In this document: piece after piece, positions 11,567 through 25,683 of the stretch
How positions within the stretch are numbered: the first letter of the stretch is position 1
How the letters are laid out: every line of letters begins with the position of its first letter
Assembly: GCA_000165425.1 (NCBI GenBank)
Contig: CT868061.1
Span: 62,001-126,000 of the forward strand
Direction: 5' to 3'
From: Paramecium tetraurelia
Taxonomy: Eukaryota
Length of the DNA: 64,000 bases
Notes under the pieces: generated by a model
Databases searched by the model: none
What the model was told of the DNA's origin: nothing
What the model saw: only the letters and a program-made list of their open reading frames with translations
Translations under genes and position numbers: made by a program

Positions 11567-14500
11567 TCATTAGCTTCTCTTTTTTTGCTATTGCGATAGC
11601 GCCATTAAAAATTGATCAATTCTTGGATATTCCATTCTCTTCTGCTCCAACTACTCCAATTTCCTTGGATCCTTCGAAGTCAGAAATTCCCTCAAGATTG
11701 CCTTCTCCTACTCATTCATCATGGCAATCAACTCCGCCAATTCATTCGGTTATTGTTGTTATTATGGTTATGGCTATTACTACTAAATCGGAGGCTACTA
11801 AACGGGATGCTGAGCGTGTATGTGCATCATTGGCTATTGCAGAACTGGTTGTTGTGGAGGAACTTACTACTGAGGCTAGGCTTATTGCATAGCTGGTGCC
11901 ATCTAACTGGGCAATTGGCTGCCCATTTGATTAGACATCTAGGGCTTTGCTATTAGATATATTTGAATACCATAAACATGGGCATTTAAGAAATTGGATA
12001 AGGTTAATGAAGGTTTTGTTGCATAGCCTATTGTTATTACAATTGCTATTATTATTGCTATTACTAAATGCCGCTCTATTGTTAAATCGATTACATTGGA
12101 TGCATATTATACTCTTGTCTTCTTTAGAGTCTTGGGTCTTCCAATTGGTGGAATGTAACAGGAGGAGCTATCGAATCCAACTATTTAACATCTCAAATAT
12201 ATTTACTAAATTGTAGTTGCTACTTGCATTCTAAGGCCTTATCGGAATGACAGGTGTGCTATTGATGGGATTTTGATGAGGTTGCACATTCGGTTACTAC
12301 AATGGGAACATCATCTCTGGTTTGTAAAGAGGAGGGGGAGCGTCGACTGTTGGTGTCCTTATAGGAATAGGAACAGCAGGTCTTATTGGTTCTAGAGTAG
12401 GTTGGACTGTTGATATCTTTGCAAAGCCTATCCTGTCTTTGGAGATCATGGGTTGTCTAATCTATAATGACATTATGTCATTTATGAGTGTTTTTGGATA
12501 GGTTGGTATTTCCAAGGGAACTAATTTAAAGATTTGATCTTTATATAGCACTTCTGGGTAGACGAATGTGCTTGGTTGTGTTGGCACTTCTTTTTTCAAT
12601 TCTTTAAATGCCAACTTCCATGGTGTTACCTCACTTACTGTTAAAGATTAATATTTCAACATTTTATCGCCCTCCAGAACAGTCTATTTGAAAAAGGAAC
12701 TCAAGACTTATTGTTGTTTTCCCTTGGATTGCTATTGTAAAATCTTTTCTTGTATGAGTTAAAAGACAACTTAATGTGAACGTGGTTCGCTGGGCAAGGT
12801 GACATTTTGATCCTTGATTTCTTTGTTGTTGGATTCGATTTATTTCAATAGGTATTAGAGCAATTTAACATGTTTAATAAAGTAGGGGATGTTAGTGAGT
12901 TAATTGGATAGATTAGTAATGAAGTCGATAATGTTTTCTTGTTTATTGAACATGAGTGTTTGAATGGCTCTTTTTCTTACATCTCCTGGATGAATGACAT
13001 TGTTGGGTATAGATACAAATAATCTGAAGAGTAAACTAATGAACTATTCAATAATTGATGTGTAGACTGATTAAAATGGTAAGTTATTGTAATTTTATAT
13101 GGATTGTTGAACCAACTCTATGATGCTGTAGAGTTAGAAAATTGGTTTAGCCTTGTAGGGATTTTGTGTATAGTCTGAGTAGAGAAGAATATTTTGACCA
13201 ACAATATTCTTTGAAGTACATTCCAAGATCTCAATGATTAATTTAGATGATATCAAATTTAGATGGTAGTATTCTTTGGAATCATCTGTGTATTCAATAT
13301 GCTTAACTAAATTCTTAGCCAAACTCTTAAGTAAATCTTATAAGTATGTGATATGAGGAATGTCTTCAATTAAATACTAGTAGGATTGAGATTCCGATTA
13401 TAAGAATTGGCTAACACCACATTCATGATCCACAGCCTTTTTAAAGATCTGTAGAATTTGATTACGCAATGTTGCAATCAGTAATTTGTAGGCCTTCTCA
13501 GTAGGTTAATTATCGCAGTAATCATTTTCAGCATCTATCAATTTGTATATTTTGATCATGTCTTCATTCAAATGTTCATAATTAAATATGTACATAAATC
13601 CACAGTTGCAGAGACAGATGTCTATGGCTTGGGTTAAGAACAATCCCAAAAGCACCCAATCTTACCTGTATTTCAAATAGAGTTATTGATCTTCTTTCTT
13701 AGCTAAGGCCTTAATTTTATTGGAATAATTCTTGAGTTGATCTTCGATTATTTTGAACAGATGTTACGAGATGTTATGATCATACAATTCCAATAGATTC
13801 CTTAAGACTTTGAACATTTCATTTTGCAAAGCTGAATCAAATGTTCTTAAGGAAGATTACATCAGATTCTATAGACATTTCTAGTCTCCCATGGTATCAA
13901 TAAGAAATCCAAGGTCTCCATTCTTTGTGTAATTTTCAAATTCATCATCGTTTTTGCGCATAGGTTTAAACAGCACATTGAATAGGTTATTGCTGAATTA
14001 AGGTTTATTTTAATTATCTTTAATCAAGTATTGCATCAAATTAAGAATGTACTTTTACTCTTCTTAATTTCTGAATGCTGACAAATACAAAGATTAAAAT
14101 AAAGTCTAAATCTCTTAACTTCCTTATTGGGCATGCAATTTCAATTAATCGTTGTCCTCATCTTAAAATGAATTCAGTGTAATAACATAATTGAAGCAAT
14201 TCCTTAGGATGTTCAATAGATTTTCGACCTTCTATTTGCATCCTCTGAGTCCATTTGGCTATACCTTTTATAGAGAGACCCATAAGTCGATGAGGATCTT
14301 GCATAAATCATTGGAGTGGAATGAACTCTCACATCCCAATTGTACTCTGAATTTCAATCGTTCCTAGATCAACTCTATAGTGTTGAAGGTAAGATCGAAA
14401 TAATGTCTTAAGATCTATTATTGATTTGGTAGTTTGATCAACATATATTCAGTCTGTATATTTTTCGAAGTCATGGCTGTAAACAAGTTAATTAATTTGC

Positions 14501-17247
14501 CAGCAAAACACTCTACTCCAGCTATGACTTCATGTTCAAAGAATGGAATGAAATAAAACTTATTGCAACTACACAACCATTTAAATATTTTGATTGCTCC
14601 ATCTAAAAACTGTAAACTTTAATAAGGTTAATCGAATGTTCCCAAAAGTCTAAATTCAGTTTTCAATTCCTCATGAATTCCTTTCTTGTGTTCTCCCACT
14701 CCAAAATATTCCTTCAACTTATTTTTATCAGGATCTTGATTGATGGCAACGAATTTCAACTTAGCGTGAAATGATTCCCTAATAGCTTTAGTTGTATCTT
14801 TGGCCAAAAACAATTCATATGGTTCTAATACACCTGATAAGAGTATTTGAGATAACCGGAAATCTGCACTGAATCTGGATTTCTCAGTGTTGACATATTT
14901 GATAAAGCGAGCATTGGGTGCTATAAGACGATCAGCCAAAAAGAGTCCTATATTTGTATCGCTGTATCTTAGAACTATGATTATTTTCAAAATTTACTAT
15001 TGATAAAGATGTGGGACATAATTGTGATTTCTACTTCGTGTTCAATTATGTCATCCAATTTAGTTACTGACATGATATACAATAAGGCTTCACTGAAGAA
15101 TTCATTATTCATCAAATGAGTAACAGCTGCACAATTCTGAGTTATTTCATCTTATTCTTCAGTGTATTATTACAATTAACCTAACAATGATATCAATTCA
15201 TAATCATAATCAGAACCTAATAGTTTAATGTAAATTTAATCCATTAAATTGATCAAAACTAATGATGATTTTATTAAATTTAATAATTATATATCATTGT
15301 TTTTGGTTAAGACTCTTATTATCAACTTTAGGGCTGTAGTCTCCTGACAAATGACTACAATGCCCCCCTTAATTTATAAGATGCGATAAATCAATTAACA
15401 ACACTAACTATAATTCTAATTAAGCACCATCATAGCAGCAATGTACTTCATAAATTACATCTACTTAAACCACATTGCATTTGCATATGTTATACATAAG
15501 TCCTTCATCTGCAATATCTCCTTAACCAACTTAAAATTGGCAGTCTTCGTCTTCTCTGCATCAAACAAACAATACATCAATTCCCTCTGCCTATCACAAT
15601 AAAAGTCCTTCTAAACAGCGAACAAAAACAAATCCAATCCCACAAGATTCTCGAATTCCCACTGATATGGTAGATTATTCATTAAGAACTCCATGGTCCC
15701 ATCCTCAATAAATGCCAATTTCCCCTAATAAACCAAATCAATCATATTCTTCAACTTCCTGAATCTCACATAAATCTACAATCTGTTCAAAGCCACATGA
15801 CATGCTTAAACGATCTTCTCATCTTCACTTTTCGATGCCGTATAAGCCAACAACTGAAATCCATTAAAATTGCTCACTTACTCGTTAGTAAATTGCTGCT
15901 ACTCCTGAGTCACTGACTTGCTCTTACTCCTACTCCTGCTTCTACTCTTCTTCTTATTCTTCTTCTTCTTGCCCTCCTTGTTCTCCTTCTTCTTCTTCTC
16001 TTTATCCTTCTTCACTTTCTTCTTCTTCTTCGGTGATTTCTCAGAATCTTGTGTTTTGATTTCCACGTTTCGAGTTATCAACTCATTGCAGAATTCTACA
16101 TGATTCATACAATTGTACAAAGTCTCAATCACCTTCAATTTAAAGTAACTAGGCGATTGTTGTACCTCTATCAGAAACTCCAATAACTTATTTAGGCCTC
16201 CCTTATCCAAAAATAGTAAGGCATGATATTTAGAACTGAGTAATTAAATGATAATTGGAAATGCTCTAATTGCTGAAGAATAGGATGCATGGATTGCAAA
16301 GATCACAGAATCCACAAGTGAAGTAGGTAGCAATTTGTAAATACGATCAACATCATTGAAATGTGCAGCTGAATGGATATCTGCCTTTGAATGTTTTAAA
16401 TGTTTGGTTAAGACTCTATGCATTTATTCCAATTTCTCATGATACAATGACACCAATTGTTTATCTACAAAATCATAGTCTTAATCTATTGATTTCAATT
16501 CCTTGGCCAAGATTTCAATTTATTTTTATGACTCCTGTTAATTGAATTGTTTATCTTCAAGTAATAATTGTGGTTGAATATTATCAACACATAAATGGTA
16601 ATTCTCTTGGTTGTAAATGTGATCCAAAACCTAATTTTTCTACTTAATGATTTGCTAATAGATTTTATTATTCAACTGGTTGATTGATTGAGCGTACTCT
16701 TTAAATTCTGGCATCGATTACATCATTCAACTCCTGTAACCCAATATTCTTACCATAAGTAGGATTGTAACTTTGGATCGATTGTCCTGACATGATTTCA
16801 CCATACATGCAAATTGTCAGTCGTTTATATTGTCCTCTGAACACTATAAAATCGGTGATGTACTATTATTACAATAGATAAATATAATACTGGCTATTCA
16901 AGTGTGATAAGGATATCACAATTGTTGGAAGAGATTTCAGGACTTCCAAAGAGAAGTTGATATCTTGATTATGGTTTGTTGGACTAATAAGATTTAGCAA
17001 AAATCTCCAAATTTCGTATTGGCTCTTCACTTTGAGTAATTGTAATCAATTTTTTGAGATTCTGATGCACATTATAACCGGGTTTGACAATTCTGATCAA
17101 CTAGACCTTGACAAGTGATTGGAATATGATTTCATCACAGACTTTTCCTTCTTTGACTTTCTATCTTGTTTGGTTCTGCCCGCTTTCCAGATGCTCCAAG
17201 TTATCGAAGTATAACAATTATACAAAGTGATCTATGGAATAACTCAT
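11567..17247 (-). CDS. vir: Virilizer/VIRMA-like protein (m6A writer scaffold), ~1,880 aa
   Basis: N-terminus LLYFDNLEH..DEIIFQSLVKVQLIRIVKPG..VH..ITDFIVFRGQYKRLTICMYG resembles the human VIRMA N-terminus as I recall it (LLFLDTFKH..DVVRFP..VRVIPPG..NTDGLVLRGWYNCLTLAIYG). Long Leu-rich helical body and P/Q-rich tail. Intron 16863-16890; TGA 11567-11569. Confidence 0.78.
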
Positions 17248-17277
17248 TATCAAAAGATTTTTAATTAAAATAAATAA

Positions 17278-19370
17278 ATGTCTTCCTTTAATTAGAAGTA
17301 ACAAAAGAAGCTTAACGAACACAAGGAGTTGGCTTAGAAATAGAAGGATGCGAACGAGCGTTTCCAAGAAGGCAAGAAGATTATGTTGAAAGAGAACAAG
17401 ACAGCCAATGATTTTGATCGTGCAATCTAACTGTTTTCTGAAGCAATCACATTGTTATAAGTCATTAAAATATATAATAGTTTTAGAATTCAAGTCAAAC
17501 AGAACCGCAATACGCCAAGTTTTATGCTGCCCGAGGTAACGCCTACATGCAGACTGGCCAATATTAGAGAGCTCTCTTTGACTTTTCAACTGCTGTGAGA
17601 TTCGAGGAAAACAATGCAGAACATTATGGGGCAAGAGGAAACTGTTTTCTGCAATTGGGAGAAGTCAATGATGCCCTGAAGGAATATGACAAAGCCATTC
17701 AAATCAAATCCACAGACGGTTTCCTCTTTTTAAATAGAGCACTTGTCTATGCCAGATTGGATAATTATAAAAAGGCCATCGATGATTACTAACAAGCTCT
17801 CAAGTATTTGAAGGACTCCAATGCGCAATTCAAAGCACACTTTCACATGGGAAATTGTTATAGACAAATCAAAATGTACGACCAATCAATTGAGCATTTG
17901 CAAAAGGCTTGTGATATCAAGAAGGATGAAGCCCCAGCACACAACAATTTGGGATTGTCCTACTTCGAGAATCAATAATATGAATTGGCATTAGAGAGAT
18001 TTACTAGGGCCATCGAATAAGATGAGTCTAAAGCAACCTATTACAATAATAAGGCATTGGCATTGTATCATCTGGGGGATTTGAAGGGCAGTCTGATAGA
18101 ATTCAATAAGGCTCTTAGCATAGATGATCAAGATGCCCGAGCATTATACAATAGGGGAAATACTCATTTGGCCTTAGGTAAGAGAACAGAAGCACATGCA
18201 GATTATGACAAGGCAATCAAACTGATGCCCAAAAATTCAAAATTCTATCATTCCAAAGGATTGGCCTATTAGGATTCCGAGGAATATGAAATGGCTATAA
18301 AAATGTTCGAAGAGGCTTTGAATATCACTCCGAATCACATGCCATCCATTTTCCATTTAGGTCTCATGTATCACAAGAATGATAATCTAAAGGAGGCTTT
18401 GTCATTGTTCACTTAAGTCTTGAATGCTGAAGGCAAGGATCGATTGGTCTACTCTTCAAGAGGTTTGGTGTATATGGATATGAAAAATTATGAATTGGCC
18501 ATCCAAGACTTCAATGCAGCCATTGAAATGGAACCTACATATCCTGAGACCTATTACAACAGAGGATTGGCAAGAATTGAAATGCACGAACTCAATGATG
18601 CCATCAAGGATTTCGAGTAAGCTCTTGAACTCAACTCCAACAACCCTGGCATTTACTCAGGTTTAGGTTAAGCATACAGATTAAAGAAGAACTATGAGAA
18701 GGCCTTGTTCTACTTGGACAAGGCTTTAAAGGAGTCTCCTCATAATCAAGAGTTCTTGGTTTAACGAAGCAATATCTTTATTGACAAGAAAGAGTATCCA
18801 AAAGCCATAATAGATTTGACAAGTGCGTTGGATAGGAAACCTAATGATGCACAGATCTATTACAGGAGAGGACTGGCATATTATAAAAATTAGGAATTCA
18901 AGAAAAGCATAGCTGATCTCTACAAAGCATTTGAAAACAAGCCATTTCAAAGTTATGTGCCTGACATACATTATCATTTGGGAATATCCTTTGCCAATTT
19001 GGAGATGTTTGACAAGGCCATCGAGCCTCTTACTAATGCTATAGATTTACAGAAATACGAGCCTGCTTATATTCATGAAAGAGCGAAGTGTTTTCTGTTG
19101 GTGGGTGAAAATCAATTGGCTTTGGAAGACTTCGATAAGGTGATTGAAATGCAAGTATTATTGAGTGTAATATGATAGCCACACAATTCTCATGCGTACT
19201 TTGGAAGAGCTTTTGCTCATAAAGCCTTATAGTCATACGGGAAGGCAGCAGAAGATTTTGGGAGAGCAAAAGATTTGGATCCGATGAATCCCAAATTGAT
19301 TGTGAACTTCAAGTAGATTTATTATGTGAAATATATCAAATTGTGCAATCCTGGAGAAGAATAGAGATGA
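17278..19370 (+). CDS. Multi-TPR repeat protein (possibly TTC6-like)
   Basis: Many tandem TPR units (e.g. ARALYNRGNTHLALG..A.ADYDKAI; ETYYNRGLARIEM..AIKDFE). Tiny introns near 17461 and 19155; TGA 19368-19370. Confidence 0.9.
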
Positions 19371-19442
19371 TATTATATTCCAAACTAATAATTAAATATC
19401 TGAAATTTTGTAAAGAAAATAATATTTAAAATAATTTGAGCG

Positions 19443-22400
19443 ATGTTTCTATTACTCATGATATCGATAGGCTTTGCCTGCACTCCGAAATCTTAGCATC
19501 TGCAATTCTTATACCCCACTTAAGATGAGAACTACAAATTGGATATGAGTGAGTTATTTGATGGTGCAGATTTAATTTATGTTTGTACGATTGGGGAAGG
19601 TAATACTTTTAGAGATAGGGACGTAAGGAGATGTAATGTGTCATAAGATGGCATCGATATGAAAAATGCGCTTGAAGTAGAAAAATATACGATTAATCAT
19701 GATAGACTTCTAAAAAACATTAACAGTGTTTCAGGATACTTCAATTATACTTCTGTTATTGAGAATTATACAAATTTAACCATTTATGAAGTAGATTACG
19801 ATAACCACATAATTACAGAATTAGTTAGCTCGAGAATTAAAGTAAATTTGGATTGCAAGAGCTTTAGTTCTGCCTTTGCTTAATCAAACAATATAATAAC
19901 TGATTGCTATTACAATACTGATTTTTAATTAATTTTATTTAGTCAAGGCTAACAAATAGTTATTTATGAATTATTTTAAAGCGGGTTTGATATTAATTTG
20001 ATTGAATATACCGATTTAGTTTACAGCAACAATTACATCATCTATGGGATATACCTAAGCAATAGTGATTCTTATTTACATACATACTATTACAATGAAA
20101 CAGCCCAATAAGCTAAATTTATAACCAGGTTTAACAGAAACACTTTTACAGATTTTTCATTGATGGCTGATGGCAAGTCTGTAGCTATTTTAAATCTTAC
20201 AAACTGCATTTACATTTCATTGATAGATGACTTAAATCAGATTACCGCATTACAACCCTTCAATAAAATCTCGAACAACTAATAATTTTTAGCCATCTAG
20301 GCATTCCCCTCATAGTTTTATGGCTAATTAACGACTTCCTTTTATGTTGTCACTGACAATTACTTTGATAATATCATTGAATTTCATTATGATGGATAAA
20401 ACCTCTCCGTAGTACAAATTTATGAGTCCTATTAATAATACACATTTAATCATGCACAAAGAATTTTAATCTATTTGAGTACAAGCTTTTTGGTCATCTT
20501 TCAAAATGATATTCAAAGTTATTTCTATATTGGAAAATATTCCAATTCTCATGAAGAGCAAACGGTCGCCCCAATATATCAAAATAAAGATTTTGAAGAT
20601 TATGTCTAATTTTATCTAAATTATGAAGGTAACAATTTTTTGAAATTTTCTCGAAAGATCACTTGGTATCATTTATAACAACCCAAATTAGTCATAAATA
20701 TCAACGACTAGAATCAAAGTGGTGTAATCCACATTTTTGCTTATGAAAATCCAGAATTGCATTATGAGTTTGATATTTTTGGATGCAATCTTACTCTTAC
20801 CTATTAATTGTTAAATTAAAGCAATCAAGACATCTATAGTACTACAAATATAAGTAAACTCTCAACCGTCTAAGATCTTTCAGAGACCTTCCGTTTGAAT
20901 GATCATTTCACAGGCCCTTTATTGCAATTAAGCCTAATAGATGACTCATAGAATGATTCAAACATTAGTATTTCTATTCCTCAGAGTACAGCCTTTTAAA
21001 ATTTGAAAACTAACCTTCCAGGATTGTTTTAAAATTATTCTCAATTGTTTTTTGTTGAAAATTATAAAATGTTATTTTATGCGTGGACAGAAATGAATAA
21101 TTCTACTAATCTCTACTACACTATCTGTCGAATAGGCAAAAACTAAATTTTGAATTGTTTACTTAATAAAAGTATAAATTGTGATGTCTCTCAATTGACT
21201 ACTATATAAATGACTCAATCTAACCCTACAGAGCTAATCTTAGCATTTGATTAAGGACCTTAAATTATATAGGTTTATTCCTTCTAATTCAGCATTAATC
21301 TATCAAATTATTCACAGGGGGTCAATATTTCTGAACCATCACTATATTTATACAACATAGGTTACTAGTAATCAATAAATTAATTTTAAATTCTGTATAA
21401 CAAATTGATAGTACTCAACAACTAGTTTGAGATCATTGTTGTTAGTTATCAAACTAATGCAAAATATTACATAAATCAAACTACAATTGATCAAGCCGAA
21501 GGATAGAATTACGATATTGTATTCCAACCTATTTAAATTTCAATAAATTAATAATTGTATTAATCTACCTTGTTTATTAACAATCAAAATGGTGTCATCA
21601 CTTTGGAATTATATAACTAACCTATCTAGAACACTATTTGTTTTACTATTTTATCTTATCTTAAGTCAAATTAGGATATTTCTTAAATTTTTGTCAGCCA
21701 GATGTTTATGGTTCTTGCAAGCAGCACAAACTCACCTCCTTATACAGTATCGTTTTCCGTATATGATATATCCGATATATCTCACCCCAAATTTTCTAAA
21801 CCATTACCAAATTGTACGATTCAACCTGGTACGTAAATTCTAGCAGACAATTACTTTTTCTATGTAAGATAATTGAATGGTGGTGTAACCATTTACAGTA
21901 TAGATTTGCCCTATCACAGTTCATAATACTTTTACTTACCGTTGAGTTAAAACGAGAGCATCAGCAGTACTAATACAAAGTAATAATCAATTCTGTCGTA
22001 TAAAAACAACTTATGGGCTAGTTTCTAAAACAATCCCTATAGCTTTAAAGTATATTAGGTTACATAAGAATATAAGATGCACACCCTTGCTAATCTTTCC
22101 GTTAGCATTTCAAATCCATGGGGGAACAAAAGCATGAACTACGATTTAATTGTAGTGAATACATACCTATAAATCTCTATGAATTATTCCTAATTTAAGA
22201 ACAATTCAAATATTAGAAATCTTACGTTTTATGCTAAAGCCAACAGTAACAACCAAGTTCTGATACCTCTAAATATGACAAATGTTTCAATGGGTCAAGT
22301 ATTGGTATATCATCTACTCGCTTATGATAAACAGGTTCTCCAATTTAACAAGTCTTTCAATATAACGAATCAATTTATAAACGAAAGTTAATACTTCACA

Positions 22401-23852
22401 TAGGAGATTGTGAACATTACACAAATGGTCAGCTTCTGTACTTCTTTATTCTATTAGAATACTTCAGGACTCTATCAAAGTAGTTATGTAATCTTTGATG
22501 GATTACAACTAATGAACTACAATTTCACCGAATGTCTTTCTTTGAGTGTAACTATTAATGGACCTACCATTTATATGAATTCGATTTGTAAATCTGGCGA
22601 TGTTGTTACTGTATATTCATTATTTCCTAATTGCGCTTTTAATAATTCCACCACATGCAATTCATCTCAGCCTTGGAATTACTAAAAGAATACAAGCATT
22701 ATTTACTCACCTCCTTTTACCTCAATATTAAAGAGTTCGCAACTAAATCAGTATCTGTTCATCTTAGGGAAAATTGGCTAAAACCCTAATTCATAAAAGA
22801 TTTTTATCTACAATCTTAATTAAAATGCATCTTCAAATTCAACTCCCAATTCAATTTAATATAAACCATCAAGAACAATCTAATGCAGAGGAGGCATAAT
22901 CGATTATAATTTTACTGTCTTGTAGAACAAGTCCCTTATCAATAATACGTATAGTGGAAGAGGAGTCATCTTTTATTTGTGTCAAAATCCCAGTGAACTA
23001 AAATATGTGAGTTTCAATATCACCAATACAACCTTACTCTTTTTTTCAAAAGTTTCAAATCGAGTCTCAGATGTAATAACTTAATATGTCAACAAATCTA
23101 ATTCTTAGTTCTTGTAAATCTTTATTTACCTTGTCAAATATGATTAGATCATCCTTGTTCTCACTTCAAATAACGTCTACAACTTAGTTATTATTATGAG
23201 TTATAGTCCTCTAAGTTTCGCTGAAACTTCACTTCAATTTGAAGATGTCATCGCCTACATTCCCCCTTATGGTAACTACACCCAAATTCCCCTGGGAGTC
23301 CTACAAAATTCATATTTGGCATTGCTATTTAGTCCGCCCATAGAGCAAGGAGGTAGGAATATTATTGCAATGTATAATATGGAGAAGATCAACTAAACAT
23401 ACAATCTAGCCAACGAATTAAGCTACAATGGCACCATTTAAATGGATGCAGGTTATCAAGTTGATCAAAAGCGAAACATTCTTCAAATTGCCTTAATCTC
23501 TCAACCTTACAATAAGGGTTAATTTTTGCTAATGCTAACAAATGATGGCGAGAACCTAAATAAAACAAATGTCACCTTATTAGTGTTCAACTTATCCATA
23601 TATTTTAATTGCACTAATGTAGGTGATTTATCTCCAAGCTATGAATATTACTTAGTGGCTTCAAATTCGTTTTACAGTTATAACATGACAATATCTATTA
23701 CAGCCTTACAGCTAAGTAGTTCCATTTGGGCATGGATTTTATTGTTTCTAACAATTTTAATATGTGGATTCTTAGTAAGCTAATTTTGGACTAAAATCAA
23801 GATGCAAAATTTAGAAAATAAATCAGCTGAACTCTTGGAAATAGAAATGTGA
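19443..23852 (+). CDS. Large type I membrane (surface) protein, 1,469 aa
   Basis: Signal peptide MFLLLMISIGFAC. ORF fragments at 19659, 23196 and 23526 share its frame. Many N-x-S/T sequons, one C-terminal TM (IWAWILLFLTILICGFLVS) and a ~20-aa tail. TGA 23850-23852. Confidence 0.82.
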
Positions 23853-24166
23853 TAATTAAAATCATTATTAAATACAAATTATTTATATATGTCGTGTTTA
23901 ATTCTAATTATAATCAATATTTCAAGAAAATTAGGTATTTCTACCTTTTTAGTAGTTAATATTGATAAGGATCTATTTATTTTCCAAATTATTATTTATC
24001 CTTATTAATACTTTAAAAATTTAGATTGACTGAATATTTCATATACTTATAAATTTATATTTGAAAATTTAACCAAATTGTGTGAAACAAATAGGATTTA
24101 TATGTTACGAAATTAATTCAATATTTAAGTAATGGCAATTAAAAATTAATATTTAAAATATTAATA

Positions 24167-25683
24167 ATGAAGATTATTGGATAATATTAATAGATTAATG
24201 ATTAATCTAGCTACAAACAGAATGAATGTATATTGCTAACCTAGTAAAATCGTAGATGTTGTATCTTAAAAATTATGAAAATAATAAGCCTTAGACTTAA
24301 TAAATGAATCTTTAGAGTTTAGCCCCTTGTATTTCTGATAATAAAAAGTAATAATTTAATAATTTTTTAATAGAAAAAGGGAAAATGTCAATATAAGTGT
24401 TAAATAGATAGTTAGAATGTAATTTCACAGAAACGGAGAAACAATTAGATGTATTTTTTGATTATTCTAATTCTTTTAGTAATCTTTTGATAATATCAAT
24501 AATTTAATTGATTAAGTCTTTACTCTGGATTCTCCAATTTCTAATTTAAGCAATCTAAATTTAGAATTATCTTTCCCAATAGTTCCTTAAATCCATTTAA
24601 TTGATTAATCCTACTTATCATCAAACATTTTTTAAGAAGTGAAACCATTAATCATTTAGAGAACCAAATAATCAGATTAACAATATTAATAATCATCATT
24701 ATTATCATCATAATTATATCAATATCAAACTTAATTTAAGCCGTTCTTTTATTATTTATAATTCTATTGAATAAAAGGAAAGTTGTTTTTCAATTGCTTT
24801 AAATAAAGATTGTTCATACATAGCACTTGGGTGTGAAGACCTAATAAAGATATATGAATATAAAAAAGCAAACTTGAAATAAATTCAAGTTTTATATAAC
24901 CACCAAAATATTGTAACTACTATAACTTTCATGAAAAAGTCCAATTAGTTTATATCTGGAGACGCAGGGGGATCTATTTTCATTTGGTCACATGATCAGG
25001 AAAATGAGTGGTATTAAACTTAAAAAATTAAAGCGCATAATTATAATATTTATTGTTTAATTTTGAATAATAATGAAGATTTATTTATATCGGGTAGTGG
25101 AGATCAAACTATTAAATTTTGGGTTAAATAAAATGAGTGGATCTGTTAATAAATTATCAAAGATCATGAATAAAGTGTTGATTAATTAAGTTTAAATGAT
25201 GAAGAAAACAAAGTTCTTGCTTGTGGATGCGATATATTTTTAATTGAATATTCTAAATAACAGAAAAAGTGGATTGTTGGTTAAAATATTAAAACTGAAT
25301 TTTAAGCATATAGCATATGCTTTATCAACAACTATTAATTCACATACAGACCTATTTATGGCAATTTGATGTATATCTATGAAATGAGTAATATAAATTA
25401 ATAGTTCACTAAAACTAAAGTTATTACTTTTAATAAAGTTGGTGGAACTAATTGTGGGATATTTTAATAACAATTTAATAAAAATAAATAAATTTTAATG
25501 TGTAATCATTGGGATAATGTCAATTTAATCAGAAAAACAGAAAATAATCAATTTAAAGTTGAGTAAACTATTCAATTTGACAGCTCTAGGCTATTTGGAT
25601 AAATGAGTGATGATGGAAAATATTTGATTACATGGGATTCTACATCTAACGAACTATAAATCAGGAAATATAAAGAATAGTGA
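24167..25683 (+). CDS. WD40-repeat protein of the expanded Paramecium type; 5' half uncertain or degenerate
   Basis: From ~24750: SIALNKDCS, TITFMKKSNQFISGD, CLILNNNEDLFISGSGDQTIKFW, GQMSDDGKYLITWD. TGA 25681-25683. I could not assemble a clean frame for 24167-24750. Confidence 0.65.

Noticed and set aside
11612..12216. Leu-rich plus-strand ORFs in the track that look like membrane proteins
   Set aside because: Antisense shadows of the Q/P-rich tail of the Virilizer-like gene.
15918..16103. Poly-Leu/Phe ORF and ttc microsatellite
   Set aside because: Reverse complement of the Lys/RS insert; not a separate gene or mobile repeat.
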